Shown here one piece after another: positions 1 through 8,397 of a stretch of DNA of 64,000 bases; position 1 is the first letter of the stretch, and every line of letters starts with the position of its first letter. A program made the translations under genes and the position numbers. Source of the DNA: Planctomycetota bacterium (GTDB taxonomy: Bacteria > Planctomycetota > UBA11346); the NCBI GenBank assembly GCA_038231435.1, contig JBBRLJ010000007.1, forward strand, positions 32,001 to 96,000, in the 5' to 3' direction. The notes beneath the pieces were generated by a model that saw only the letters and a program-made list of their open reading frames with translations, was not told the DNA's origin and did no database searches.

Positions 1-661
1 TCCAGGTCTCCGCGGTGGTCCCGCCGTACGGATTGCTGATCACTCCGACCGGTACCCCGAGGCGCTTCTGCAGCTCGCGGCCGAAATAGTAGGCGACCGC
101 GCTGAAGTTGCCGACCAGCTGTGGGATGCACGCGGTCCACTGGTGGATGACGGCCTTGGGGACCTCGAGCGGCGTGGGCTCGCTGTCCTCGTTGACGCTG
201 AATAGGCGCATGCCGGGGATGTTGGCCCCGGCCATCTCGGCCTCGGCGTGGTCGACCGCATTCATCTGCCAGAACATGTTGGATTGCCCGGAGCACAGCC
301 AGACCTCGCCCACCAGCAGGTCGGTCGAGGTGACCGATGTCTCTCCGGAGACCACCAGCGTCAGCGGAGCATCGGCGACCGCGAAAGGCGCCGTGACGAC
401 CTGCCAACGGCCATCGGGGCCACCGACGGCGGCCAGGGACTGCTTGCCGATGCGCACCGAGACCGCCGCTCCCGGAGTCGTCCAGCCCCAGATCGGCAGC
501 GGCTTCCCTTGCTGCAGCACCGCCTGCGACGAATACAGGGGATGCAGGAGCGGCCGGGTCTCGGCGCCGACCGCTCCGACGGCTGACAGGCCCCAAGCCA
601 GGCATGTGAAGAAGCACCAGGACACGCGCCCGGTGAAGAGTCTCGAGATCGGGTGGGGCAT
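1..661 (-). CDS. Sialate O-acetylesterase (SASA/SGNH family), N-terminal part; runs off the left window edge
   Basis: Manual translation from the ATG at 661 (not in the ORF track because it has no stop in the window): MPHPISRLF...signal peptide...LQQGKPLPIWGW...DLLVGEVWLCSGQSNM...FSAVAYYFGRELQKRLGVPVGVI...YGGTTAETW, the hallmark motifs of the family. Confidence 0.9.
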   Translation of the reverse strand, partial: MPHPISRLFTGRVSWCFFTCLAWGLSAVGAVGAETRPLLHPLYSSQAVLQQGKPLPIWGWTTPGAAVSVRIGKQSLAAVGGPDGRWQVVTAPFAVADAPLTLVVSGETSVTSTDLLVGEVWLCSGQSNMFWQMNAVDHAEAEMAGANIPGMRLFSVNEDSEPTPLEVPKAVIHQWTACIPQLVGNFSAVAYYFGRELQKRLGVPVGVISNPYGGTTAETW

Positions 662-743
662 GGTGGTCTCTCGCGGAGTATCGGACTCGGGGGGAGGTGG
701 AGTCCCTACTCCCCTTCGGCATGGAATACAATGATACTACGCA

Positions 744-761
744 AATGCAACCGGTAGCATT
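744..761. promoter_or_regulatory. LacI-type palindromic operator AATGCAACCGGTAGCATT upstream of the esterase gene
   Basis: Near-perfect 18-bp palindrome with a central CG; the 13-bp core recurs inverted at 1940-1952 upstream of the LacI gene. Confidence 0.7.
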
Positions 762-822
762 AGCACGGCATCGCCCCACGCCCGACCGCCATCCAGGCCC
801 GGCCCGCGGCGATGCGGTCGCA

Positions 823-1836
823 TCAACGGTTGACGCTCGCGATCCTGGAGGGGGTCGACGCTCCCACCACGATCTGCGACTCGACGGTGAATGCGGTCAG
901 CGGCGTCCCATCCTTCAGGTGGCGCAGCAGCTTCGCCGCCGCCATGCGCCCCAGATCCGCGCGATCGTACCGCGATCTGGTCAACCAGGGTGCGAGGACA
1001 GCGAACTGGTGGGTGTCGTCGCAGCAGGCCATGGGATGGTTCGCCGGCAGGCAGTACGGCAGGCGCAGCGCGGTCGACGCGTCGATGGCCATGATCAGGG
1101 TGTTCGCATCCGGTTTGCAGGCCGCTATCGATTTCTCGAACGATGAGAACCAGCTGGGCACCCCGCTATACAGGAATGTCGCGTTGGGATTGTCCTTGGC
1201 GACATCGGCGATCGCCGCGGCGCGCTGCAGATGGCTGAAGTGGCTCGCGCTGTCCCAGCCGCCGGCGATGATGAAACGCCGGTATCCAAGCCCGATGGTG
1301 AGCTCCATCACCGCGCGTGCCGCCGCGTATTCGTCGCGCGACGCGGTGGGCAGGCCGTCTCTCGGCGCCACGTTCAGGTACATCGCCGGAATCGACGAGC
1401 GCTCCAGGAACTGCTCCAGTTCCGGCGTGGTGACGTCCAGGACGATCACCCCGTCGACGCTGCGATCCATCAAGGCGTTCATCGCGAGCCGTTCCTCGAA
1501 TCGAGGAATGTTCAGCAGGGTGAGGGCGTAGCTCTCGGCGGCTAGGGCGGCCGCGCAGCCATTGATGAATTCAAAGCTGGTGTGCTCGGGATGGCCGAAC
1601 GAATCCACCGGCGCCAGGATGGCGATCGCGTGGTTTCGCCCAGAGCGCAACCTGCGGGCAGGACCGTTCGCGATGTAACCGAGCTTCCGCGCGATCTTGG
1701 TGACCTCCTCGACGCGCCGCTTGCCCTTGGGTGTGTTGCCCTTGTAGGCGTTGCGCAGGATCTTGGAGACCCCACTGAGCGACATGCCGCACTCGGCGGC
1801 GATGCGACGGAGCGTGACCTGATCGGAACTGGTCAT
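823..1836 (-). CDS. LacI-family transcriptional regulator
   Basis: N-terminal HTH VTLRRIAAECGMSLSGVSKIL...LGYIANGPARRL followed by a periplasmic-binding-protein-like sensor domain; GGAGG about 10 nt upstream of the ATG at 1836. Confidence 0.9.
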   Translation of the reverse strand: MTSSDQVTLRRIAAECGMSLSGVSKILRNAYKGNTPKGKRRVEEVTKIARKLGYIANGPARRLRSGRNHAIAILAPVDSFGHPEHTSFEFINGCAAALAAESYALTLLNIPRFEERLAMNALMDRSVDGVIVLDVTTPELEQFLERSSIPAMYLNVAPRDGLPTASRDEYAAARAVMELTIGLGYRRFIIAGGWDSASHFSHLQRAAAIADVAKDNPNATFLYSGVPSWFSSFEKSIAACKPDANTLIMAIDASTALRLPYCLPANHPMACCDDTHQFAVLAPWLTRSRYDRADLGRMAAAKLLRHLKDGTPLTAFTVESQIVVGASTPSRIASVNR

Positions 1837-1939
1837 GTCGCAGCGGCCTCCAGGCCAGGGTTTCGACCACGTCATCATCACGATGTTTAGTCAACGTTAA
1901 AGCTCCGGTAACCCCGATGTGCGCGAGTTCAAGGTCGTA

Positions 1940-1952
1940 GCTACCGGTTGCA
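1940..1952. promoter_or_regulatory. Second copy of the LacI-type operator (GCTACCGGTTGCA), upstream of the LacI gene
   Basis: Exact reverse complement of 746-758. Confidence 0.65.
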
Positions 1953-2058
1953 GTGACTTTTGTGCTCCGGTGTAGCGATAACGTCGTCCAAATAATAGGT
2001 CCAGATCCAGGGCCGAGCCCACATCGCACGCACGGGGCGCCTGATCAGGGGCGTCCCG

Positions 2059-4674
2059 CTACTGTTTGAGCCGGTACATCCCCACCCATCCCGCCCACAA
2101 CTCATTGGTCTCCGCATTGAACCGGAGGACCTGCGGCTTGGCGCACGGGATGTCGCCGGTGATCTCATGCCAGGTCGCTCCGGCATCCGTGGTCTTGAAG
2201 ATGCCGCCATCCGAGCTGCTGTTCCAGGTGATGGCCGAGATCCAGAAGGTCTTGGGATCGCGCGGATCTGCTTCCATGCCGACGATGGCCCTGCCGTTGG
2301 TGAACGTGGTCAGCTGGGTCCAGGTCTTGCCATGATCCGCGCTCTTCCACAGGTTCGCTCCGCCGGCATAGATGGCGCCATCCTTGGCGACGAGCACATT
2401 CCAGATCCAGGTCTCTCCAGTGAAGGCGTTCTCCCACGTGTCGCCGCCATCCGTGCTCGACCACACGCCGCCGCCTGTCCCGCAGCTGCCCCAGAAGATC
2501 CGCTTCGAATCCGACGGATCCACGGCCAGCCCGTTGTACATCCTGCGGCTTCCCGGCTGGTTCGGCAGCTGCTTCCAGGTCTCGCCACCATCCACCGATG
2601 CGAACACGCCGCCGCCCATCTTCCCATCGCTCGCGTCGCCGTCCAAACCCATGTACACCAGTTTCGGATCGTTGGGATCGACCGCGAGCGCGCGAGGATG
2701 CCCTTCCCCCCACATGGTGTTCGCCCGCACCTGGTAATCCGGGAGGCCGGAGACCGTGTCCTTGAACGTCGCTCCGCCGTCCTTGCTGACCACCACCCGC
2801 TTCAGCGGCGAATTCCATGGTGACGCGGTGCTGATGATGCGGTCGGCGCCGCCGATGCGGTCGACCGCCAAGCGCCAGTAATGGCCGCTCAGGTCGGCGA
2901 TGTAGGTGAGTGGCCAGATCTGCCGCCAGTTCGTGCCGTTGTCCTCGGACACCAGGGTCCCCTCGTCCATGGCCGTCGCATAGGCACGTCCCTTGCTGAA
3001 GCGGATGTCGGTGATGCAGGAGATGTCGGCGCCGCGCTCGCGCTCGCTCCAGGTGACGCCGCCGTCCCCGCTCCAGGCCGATCGCCAGTCCGCGCTGATG
3101 AACAATTCCTTGGGATCGGCGGGGCTGAACGAGACGTTCATCGGATGGACGATCTTCGACTTCGGATTCGTGCCCATGAAATGCCTGGTCGGATTCCCGG
3201 TGAGGTCGACGTTCAGCACCGTGGCGTCGGCCCAGGTCGCGCCGCCGTCGCTGGAGCGGTAGACGTAGGTGTCGCCGATGGCGATCACGTCGAGGGGCGA
3301 AACCGGGCTGACCGCGACTTCCCTGAATGGCGCCTTGGGAGCGAGGCCTCCCTCGCAGCGGGTCCAGGTCTCGCCACGATCGATGGACTTCCAGATGCCG
3401 TCGACCGAGAACGACGCGAAGACGATGTCGGGATCGCCGGCGTAGAACATCGCGGACGTGGCGGTCTTAGGAGTCTTCAGGTGCTTCCAGGTCTTTCCCG
3501 CATCACGGCTCATGACCAGGCCGGAGTGGGTGGTCGCCGCGATCACCAGCGAGGGATCCTTCTGTGATACGGCGATGGAGAATGCTCCTCTGGCCTCGGG
3601 CTGGGGTTTGCCCACGCGGACATTGCCGTAGGTCTGCACCGTCGCATCGGCGGCGAAATCCCTGATGGTCGTCGAGGTGGCACCCGCGCCGGTTCCGGTG
3701 GACACGAACACGCGATCGAACACCACGACGGCGGCATTCGCCGGCAGGTTGCCATTGCAGCCCAGATCGATGCGGTTGACGGTGGCCCAATCCGGATGGA
3801 CGGGCATGGCCGCGGCGGCGTCGGGATGTTTCGTCGCGAAGTCGGGCTCGACGGCGAATTCATCGGTTTTCAGCAGCGCGTCGCGCCATTCCGTGTCCTT
3901 GAACAGATCGCTGATGTTCCTGCTCTGGTACCTCCCGCCAGAGCTGGTGGTCAAGGTGAGGAAGGTGCGTTCTGGTTGCGAGCCATCGCCCTTGCAGGCG
4001 AAGCCGATGCCAGCGCAGCCGGCTTTGATCGCCTCGGCCGGGATCGCGATGGGGATCCACACGCCCCCGAAGTATTGCGCGTCCACCTTGCCGAATTGCA
4101 CGCTGATCGCGCCGCGCATGGTTTCCGGAGCGACGCCGGCGTACGTTTCGGTCCAGGTCTCGCCGCCATCCTTGCTGGTGAAGAGCTTCCCTCCTGGGCT
4201 GGCCGCATACAGGTTGTCCCCGTTGACCGGATCGACGGCGATGGAGCGGACGCTCCGGTCACGCTCCGCGGTGATGCGCAGATCCTTCGGCCCGGTCTTC
4301 GGCAGCAGTCGCCAATGTTCTCCGCCATCGATGCTCTTGTGCAGGCCGCCCTCGGTGGCGGCGTAGACGGTTTCGGGATGCGAGCGATCCACGGCGAGCG
4401 AGTAGACGCTGTAGTCGGTCAGCCCGACGTTCATCGTCTTCCAGGTCATGCCGTGGTCGGTGGTCTTGCACACGCCGCCGACATCCAATCCGAGGTAGAT
4501 CACCCCCGCTTTGCTCGGGTGGAAGACCGTGGCCCAGTACCAACCACCGCCGCCCCAACCACAGGGCTCCCAGTGGGGGACCGGAGCAGTCGCCTGGCCA
4601 TCGGCGCCCATGCAGCATACGGTGGCGAGACAGGTCAGGAGTGCCTGGCGGATCGGGCTGGTGATCATGGACAT
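2059..4674 (-). CDS. Secreted BNR/Asp-box beta-propeller protein (GH74/VPS10-like) with an inserted CBM11/CIA30-like domain
   Basis: Many SxDGGxTW Asp-boxes; N-terminal WEPCGWGGGG; signal peptide after the likely start 4674 or 4668 (the ORF track start 4779 is probably too long); central GIGFACKGDGS...DW...VVFDRV segment. Confidence 0.8.
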   Translation of the reverse strand: MSMITSPIRQALLTCLATVCCMGADGQATAPVPHWEPCGWGGGGWYWATVFHPSKAGVIYLGLDVGGVCKTTDHGMTWKTMNVGLTDYSVYSLAVDRSHPETVYAATEGGLHKSIDGGEHWRLLPKTGPKDLRITAERDRSVRSIAVDPVNGDNLYAASPGGKLFTSKDGGETWTETYAGVAPETMRGAISVQFGKVDAQYFGGVWIPIAIPAEAIKAGCAGIGFACKGDGSQPERTFLTLTTSSGGRYQSRNISDLFKDTEWRDALLKTDEFAVEPDFATKHPDAAAAMPVHPDWATVNRIDLGCNGNLPANAAVVVFDRVFVSTGTGAGATSTTIRDFAADATVQTYGNVRVGKPQPEARGAFSIAVSQKDPSLVIAATTHSGLVMSRDAGKTWKHLKTPKTATSAMFYAGDPDIVFASFSVDGIWKSIDRGETWTRCEGGLAPKAPFREVAVSPVSPLDVIAIGDTYVYRSSDGGATWADATVLNVDLTGNPTRHFMGTNPKSKIVHPMNVSFSPADPKELFISADWRSAWSGDGGVTWSERERGADISCITDIRFSKGRAYATAMDEGTLVSEDNGTNWRQIWPLTYIADLSGHYWRLAVDRIGGADRIISTASPWNSPLKRVVVSKDGGATFKDTVSGLPDYQVRANTMWGEGHPRALAVDPNDPKLVYMGLDGDASDGKMGGGVFASVDGGETWKQLPNQPGSRRMYNGLAVDPSDSKRIFWGSCGTGGGVWSSTDGGDTWENAFTGETWIWNVLVAKDGAIYAGGANLWKSADHGKTWTQLTTFTNGRAIVGMEADPRDPKTFWISAITWNSSSDGGIFKTTDAGATWHEITGDIPCAKPQVLRFNAETNELWAGWVGMYRLKQ

Positions 4675-4822
4675 CCCTATGGATCGGTGAGGAGGCGTCG
4701 ACGTGGTGGGCCGCCGAGGGGCCTTGTCGGAGCATGGACGGGTAGCCGCAACCCTGCTACAGCTCTCATATTGATGCATCGTTAGATATAAATGCGCCGA
4801 CGTTACGGACGTGACGCCTTGT

Positions 4823-4856
4823 GACTGAAATGTATGTAAGTAAATACATATCAGTC
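4823..4856. repeat. 13-8-13 inverted repeat in an AT-rich intergenic patch
   Basis: GACTGAAATGTAT-GTAAGTAA-ATACATATCAGTC; arms match at 12 of 13 positions. Confidence 0.7.
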
Positions 4857-5043
4857 TCTAAGCACAGATCGGTTCAATGCCTATGTGCGTAGTGGGCACG
4901 GCCTCCGTGACCAGAACCGATATAAAGAACTACGTTGTTCAATTAATTCCCGATGCCGCACCCGGTCAACGACGCGCCCAGAGTCTGGCGGATACGACAT
5001 CCGCACCCCGGACGGTTGTTGAGACCGTGAGCGACGAGGACGC

Positions 5044-5856
5044 TCATGCAGCGCGGAATCTGCTCGGCCTGATGCCCGCGAGACGAGTGAACACGCGGCT
5101 GAAATGCAGCGGATCGTCGAAGCCCACCAAGGCGGCGATGCGCACTACCGACAGATCGGTATGGCGCAGCAGGTGCGCGGCGCGCTCGACCCGCAGTGCA
5201 TTGAGGAACGCTTTCGGACTCCGCCCGGTGCGCGCCTTGAAGACGCGGTGCAGATGGGCCGGACTCATGCGCAGGTGCTGCGCCAGATCCCCGACCCGTA
5301 CCGGCCGGTCGAGATGCTGGTGCAGCCAGCGCACCGCGTGATCGGCCGCGTCGCCGGTGGGTCCGCCAGCCGATAGGCGCAGGAAGCGTCCGAGCACGGC
5401 CAGCGCGAGGCCATCCAGTTCGGCCCCGCTGCGATCGGTGCGCACCGTCGCCTGCATCCACAATTCCTCTACCTGGCGGCAGAGGTCTTCGTCGCGGACG
5501 ACGAGGATCCCGCAGCCCGGCGCGCGCAAGCGGCTGCCCGCGAGCCCCACCCACACGGTATCGAACCGGTCGCCGCCGAGTTCGCCGTGCCGTGTGCCGG
5601 GCGGAATGAGTACGATGTCGGATCGCTTCAACGCCTGCCGCGCGGGCCCGGTCAGTTCCCCTTCACCGCCGAGCACCGCCACCAGCTCCCAGTAGGCGTG
5701 TGTTCCCAAGGCGCCGTTCTGCCGCGGACCGCGGAAGCGGTCGACCGACAGCACGGTGAATCCGTTTGCGTCACTGGAGAGGATTCCTCCATCCCAGAGA
5801 TGGACAGGTAGGGCATTCACTCCAGTGAAACGCTGAAAATCGGCTCCGACGCGCAT
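5044..5856 (-). CDS. AraC-family regulator (cupin sensor plus double HTH)
   Basis: THAYWELVAVLGGEG cupin; C-terminal HLHRVFK...RVERAAHLL...VGFDDPLHFSRVF...PSRFR. Start uncertain (5856, GTG 5820 or later); the 594-aa ORF-track version overlaps the PhyH gene and is over-extended. Confidence 0.85.
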   Translation of the reverse strand: MRVGADFQRFTGVNALPVHLWDGGILSSDANGFTVLSVDRFRGPRQNGALGTHAYWELVAVLGGEGELTGPARQALKRSDIVLIPPGTRHGELGGDRFDTVWVGLAGSRLRAPGCGILVVRDEDLCRQVEELWMQATVRTDRSGAELDGLALAVLGRFLRLSAGGPTGDAADHAVRWLHQHLDRPVRVGDLAQHLRMSPAHLHRVFKARTGRSPKAFLNALRVERAAHLLRHTDLSVVRIAALVGFDDPLHFSRVFTRLAGIRPSRFRAA

Positions 5857-5877
5857 CACATGATGATAGGAATATCC

Positions 5878-6774
5878 ATGACGCAGAGCAAGCCGCGTCC
5901 CTCGCCGGCCGCCTGCGGCGATGACGATGTCGCCATGCACCAGCTCACCCGCCGCCAACCGTCGGCCACCGACGTGGAAGCGTACCGTCACCAGGGCTTC
6001 CTCATCGCACGAGGCCTGTTTCCTGCCGGCGAGATCTCCGATCTGGGCGATGCGGCGATGGCGCAAGCTGGTCTCGGGCCGGTCCCGGGTCTCTATGACG
6101 AGTACCACCACTTCGGCAGCGACGATCCTCTCAGCCGTTTCCCGCGCATGCTCATGCCCCACCGCCAGCGCGGCCTGGAGATCGGCTGGCTCGCCGAGTC
6201 GATGCGATTCGATGCGCGTCTGCACGGCTGGTTGCGCGCACTGCTCGGCGAGAATCCCTGCGCCGCCCAGAGCATGTTCTACTTCAAACCGCCAGGCAGT
6301 CGCGGCCAGGACATGCACCAGGACGATTTCTACCTGCGCACGTCGCCCGGCTCGTGCCTCGCGGCCTGGATCGCGGTCGATCGGGCCGACGACGAGAACG
6401 GCGGACTGCGCCTGGCGGTCGGCTCGCATCGCCTGCCGCTGCTGCCGACGCGCCAGGCCGACTTGACCACATCGTTCACCGACGACGGAGTCGACGTGCC
6501 CGCCGGGATGGCGCTGGCGGCACCGGAGCTGGACCCGGGCGATGTGCTCTTCTTCGGCGGCGCGATGATCCACGGATCGGGTCCGAATCGCAGTCGGGGC
6601 CGCTTCCGATGCTCGTTCATCTGCCATTATGTCGGTGCGTCGACCACCCACATCAACCCATGGAACCGTCCGGTCGAGTGCTTCGACCGCGGCGTCATCG
6701 ACATCGCCGAGGCGCCGATCGGGCCATGGCAGGATTCGTTCGCCGGCCATGCGCAGCGCAGCCGCCCCCACTGA
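5878..6774 (+). CDS. Phytanoyl-CoA dioxygenase (PhyH) family Fe(II)/2-oxoglutarate dioxygenase
   Basis: QSMFYFKPPG...HQD...AAWIAVD..DDENGGL...GSH...GDVLFF....IHGSGPN.S..FR motifs. Confidence 0.9.
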   Translation: MTQSKPRPSPAACGDDDVAMHQLTRRQPSATDVEAYRHQGFLIARGLFPAGEISDLGDAAMAQAGLGPVPGLYDEYHHFGSDDPLSRFPRMLMPHRQRGLEIGWLAESMRFDARLHGWLRALLGENPCAAQSMFYFKPPGSRGQDMHQDDFYLRTSPGSCLAAWIAVDRADDENGGLRLAVGSHRLPLLPTRQADLTTSFTDDGVDVPAGMALAAPELDPGDVLFFGGAMIHGSGPNRSRGRFRCSFICHYVGASTTHINPWNRPVECFDRGVIDIAEAPIGPWQDSFAGHAQRSRPH

Positions 6775-6821
6775 TCCGCTCGTCCATACCCACCTCGTCC
6801 ACACGCACCCGGAGCCACGAC

Positions 6822-7574
6822 ATGCCACGCACCATCATCGTCACCGGAGGATCCCGCGGGATCGGCTTCGGCATCGCCACCTGCTTCGCGCGCCTGGGCG
6901 ACCGCCTGGTCATCGCCGATGTCGACGAGGACGCGGCGCGGAAGGCGGCGCTGGAACTCGACCGGCTCGGCGCGAGCGGCTCTTTCGGCGTTCGCTGCGA
7001 TGTCGCGAAGCGGGAAGAGGCAGAACGGCTGGTAGCCGAGACCATCGCGTACGCCGGCCGCATCGACGTGCTGGTCAACAACGTCGGCATCTGCCCGTTC
7101 CAGGATGTCATGGAGATGAGCGAGGCGACGTGGCGCCGCACCCTGGACATCAACTGCACGGGCGCGTTCCTCTGCACCCAGGCCGCAGCTCGGCACATGA
7201 TCGCCCGCGGCGGCGGCGGCCGCGTGGTGTTCATCACCTCGCTGGCCGAGAACGTCACCGGTCCGCAGCAGGTCGACTACGGCGCGTCGAAGGCGGCCAT
7301 GCGCATGACCATGGTGGGTTTCGCGACCGCGCTGGGTTGCCACGGCATCACCTGCAACGCCGTCGCGCCCGGCATGATCCTCACCGACATGACCAGGCAT
7401 CATTGGGAGAAGCCCGAGCCGGCCGCCATGATCAAGGCCCGCGTCCCCGTCGGCCGCATCGGCACCCCAGAGGATATCGGCCAGGCGGTGGTCTTCCTCA
7501 GCGGGGCGGGAGCGTCCTACGTCAACGGCATCACCATCCGTGTCGACGGCGGCCACCAGGCAGTGTGCGTCTGA
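6822..7574 (+). CDS. Short-chain dehydrogenase/reductase (SDR)
   Basis: TGGSRGIG, LVNNVG, YGASK, NAVAPG; GGAG upstream of the ATG at 6822. Confidence 0.92.
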   Translation: MPRTIIVTGGSRGIGFGIATCFARLGDRLVIADVDEDAARKAALELDRLGASGSFGVRCDVAKREEAERLVAETIAYAGRIDVLVNNVGICPFQDVMEMSEATWRRTLDINCTGAFLCTQAAARHMIARGGGGRVVFITSLAENVTGPQQVDYGASKAAMRMTMVGFATALGCHGITCNAVAPGMILTDMTRHHWEKPEPAAMIKARVPVGRIGTPEDIGQAVVFLSGAGASYVNGITIRVDGGHQAVCV

Positions 7575-7575
7575 C

Positions 7576-8340
7576 ATGCTGACGATCGATCTCTCGGGGC
7601 GGACGGCGTTGGTCACCGGTGGATCCGGCGACCTCGGCCGCGTCATCTGCCGTGTCCTGGCCGAGTGCGGCGCGCGGGTCGCCGTCCACTACCACCGTCG
7701 CGCGTCCCAGGCCGAGCAGGTGGTCGCGGCGATCCGCGCGGCGGGCGGAACCGCCGCGAGCTTCGCGGCGGACCTCACCGAGATGTCCTCGGTGGCTGCG
7801 CTGGCCTCTGCTGTGCGGCGGGACATCGGGGAACCGGACATCGTCGTCGCCAACGCCGTCATCCAATTCGGCTGGACCTCGGTGCTGGAGCAGCCTCTCG
7901 AGGATTTCGACGGCCAATACCGCAGCTGCGTGGTGCAGGCGGTGCTGTTGGCGAAGGCCTTCGCCCCCGCGATGCAGCGGCGCAAGGGCGGGCGCATCAT
8001 CGGCATCAGCACCGAATGTGCGACTGAATGCAATCCGACCCAGGGCGCCTACGCCGCGGGAAAACGCGGCATGGATGCGGTCTACCGCGTGCTGTGCAAG
8101 GAGCTCGGTCCGGACGGCATCACCGTCAATCAGGTGGCGCCCGGGTGGATGATCAGTGACCGCGATCGCGGCACCGACCGCGAATCGCAGCCAGGCTATG
8201 CGGCCGGGGTCCCGTTGCGCAGGCGCGGCGACGATGCCGACATCGCAAAGGCGGTCGCCTTCCTGGCGTCGGATCACGCGGGCTTCATCTCCGGGGTATG
8301 GCTGCCGGTGTGCGGCGGCCACGTCATGGCCGGGATGTGA
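7576..8340 (+). CDS. Short-chain dehydrogenase/reductase (SDR)
   Basis: TGGSGDLG, YAAGK, VNQVAPG; starts 1 nt after the upstream stop codon. Confidence 0.92.
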   Translation: MLTIDLSGRTALVTGGSGDLGRVICRVLAECGARVAVHYHRRASQAEQVVAAIRAAGGTAASFAADLTEMSSVAALASAVRRDIGEPDIVVANAVIQFGWTSVLEQPLEDFDGQYRSCVVQAVLLAKAFAPAMQRRKGGRIIGISTECATECNPTQGAYAAGKRGMDAVYRVLCKELGPDGITVNQVAPGWMISDRDRGTDRESQPGYAAGVPLRRRGDDADIAKAVAFLASDHAGFISGVWLPVCGGHVMAGM

Positions 8341-8355
8341 GGGCCCGTTGGGCAG

Positions 8356-8378
8356 TCCGCATCCGCATCCGCATCCGC
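8356..8378. repeat. (TCCGCA)n microsatellite between convergent genes
   Basis: About 4 tandem copies of TCCGCA. Confidence 0.7.
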
Positions 8379-8397
8379 GCCAGCAGGCCACGGATCG

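Noticed and set aside
5857..6828. 594-aa AraC fusion suggested by the ORF track
   Set aside because: The N-terminal extension is the antisense shadow of the PhyH gene
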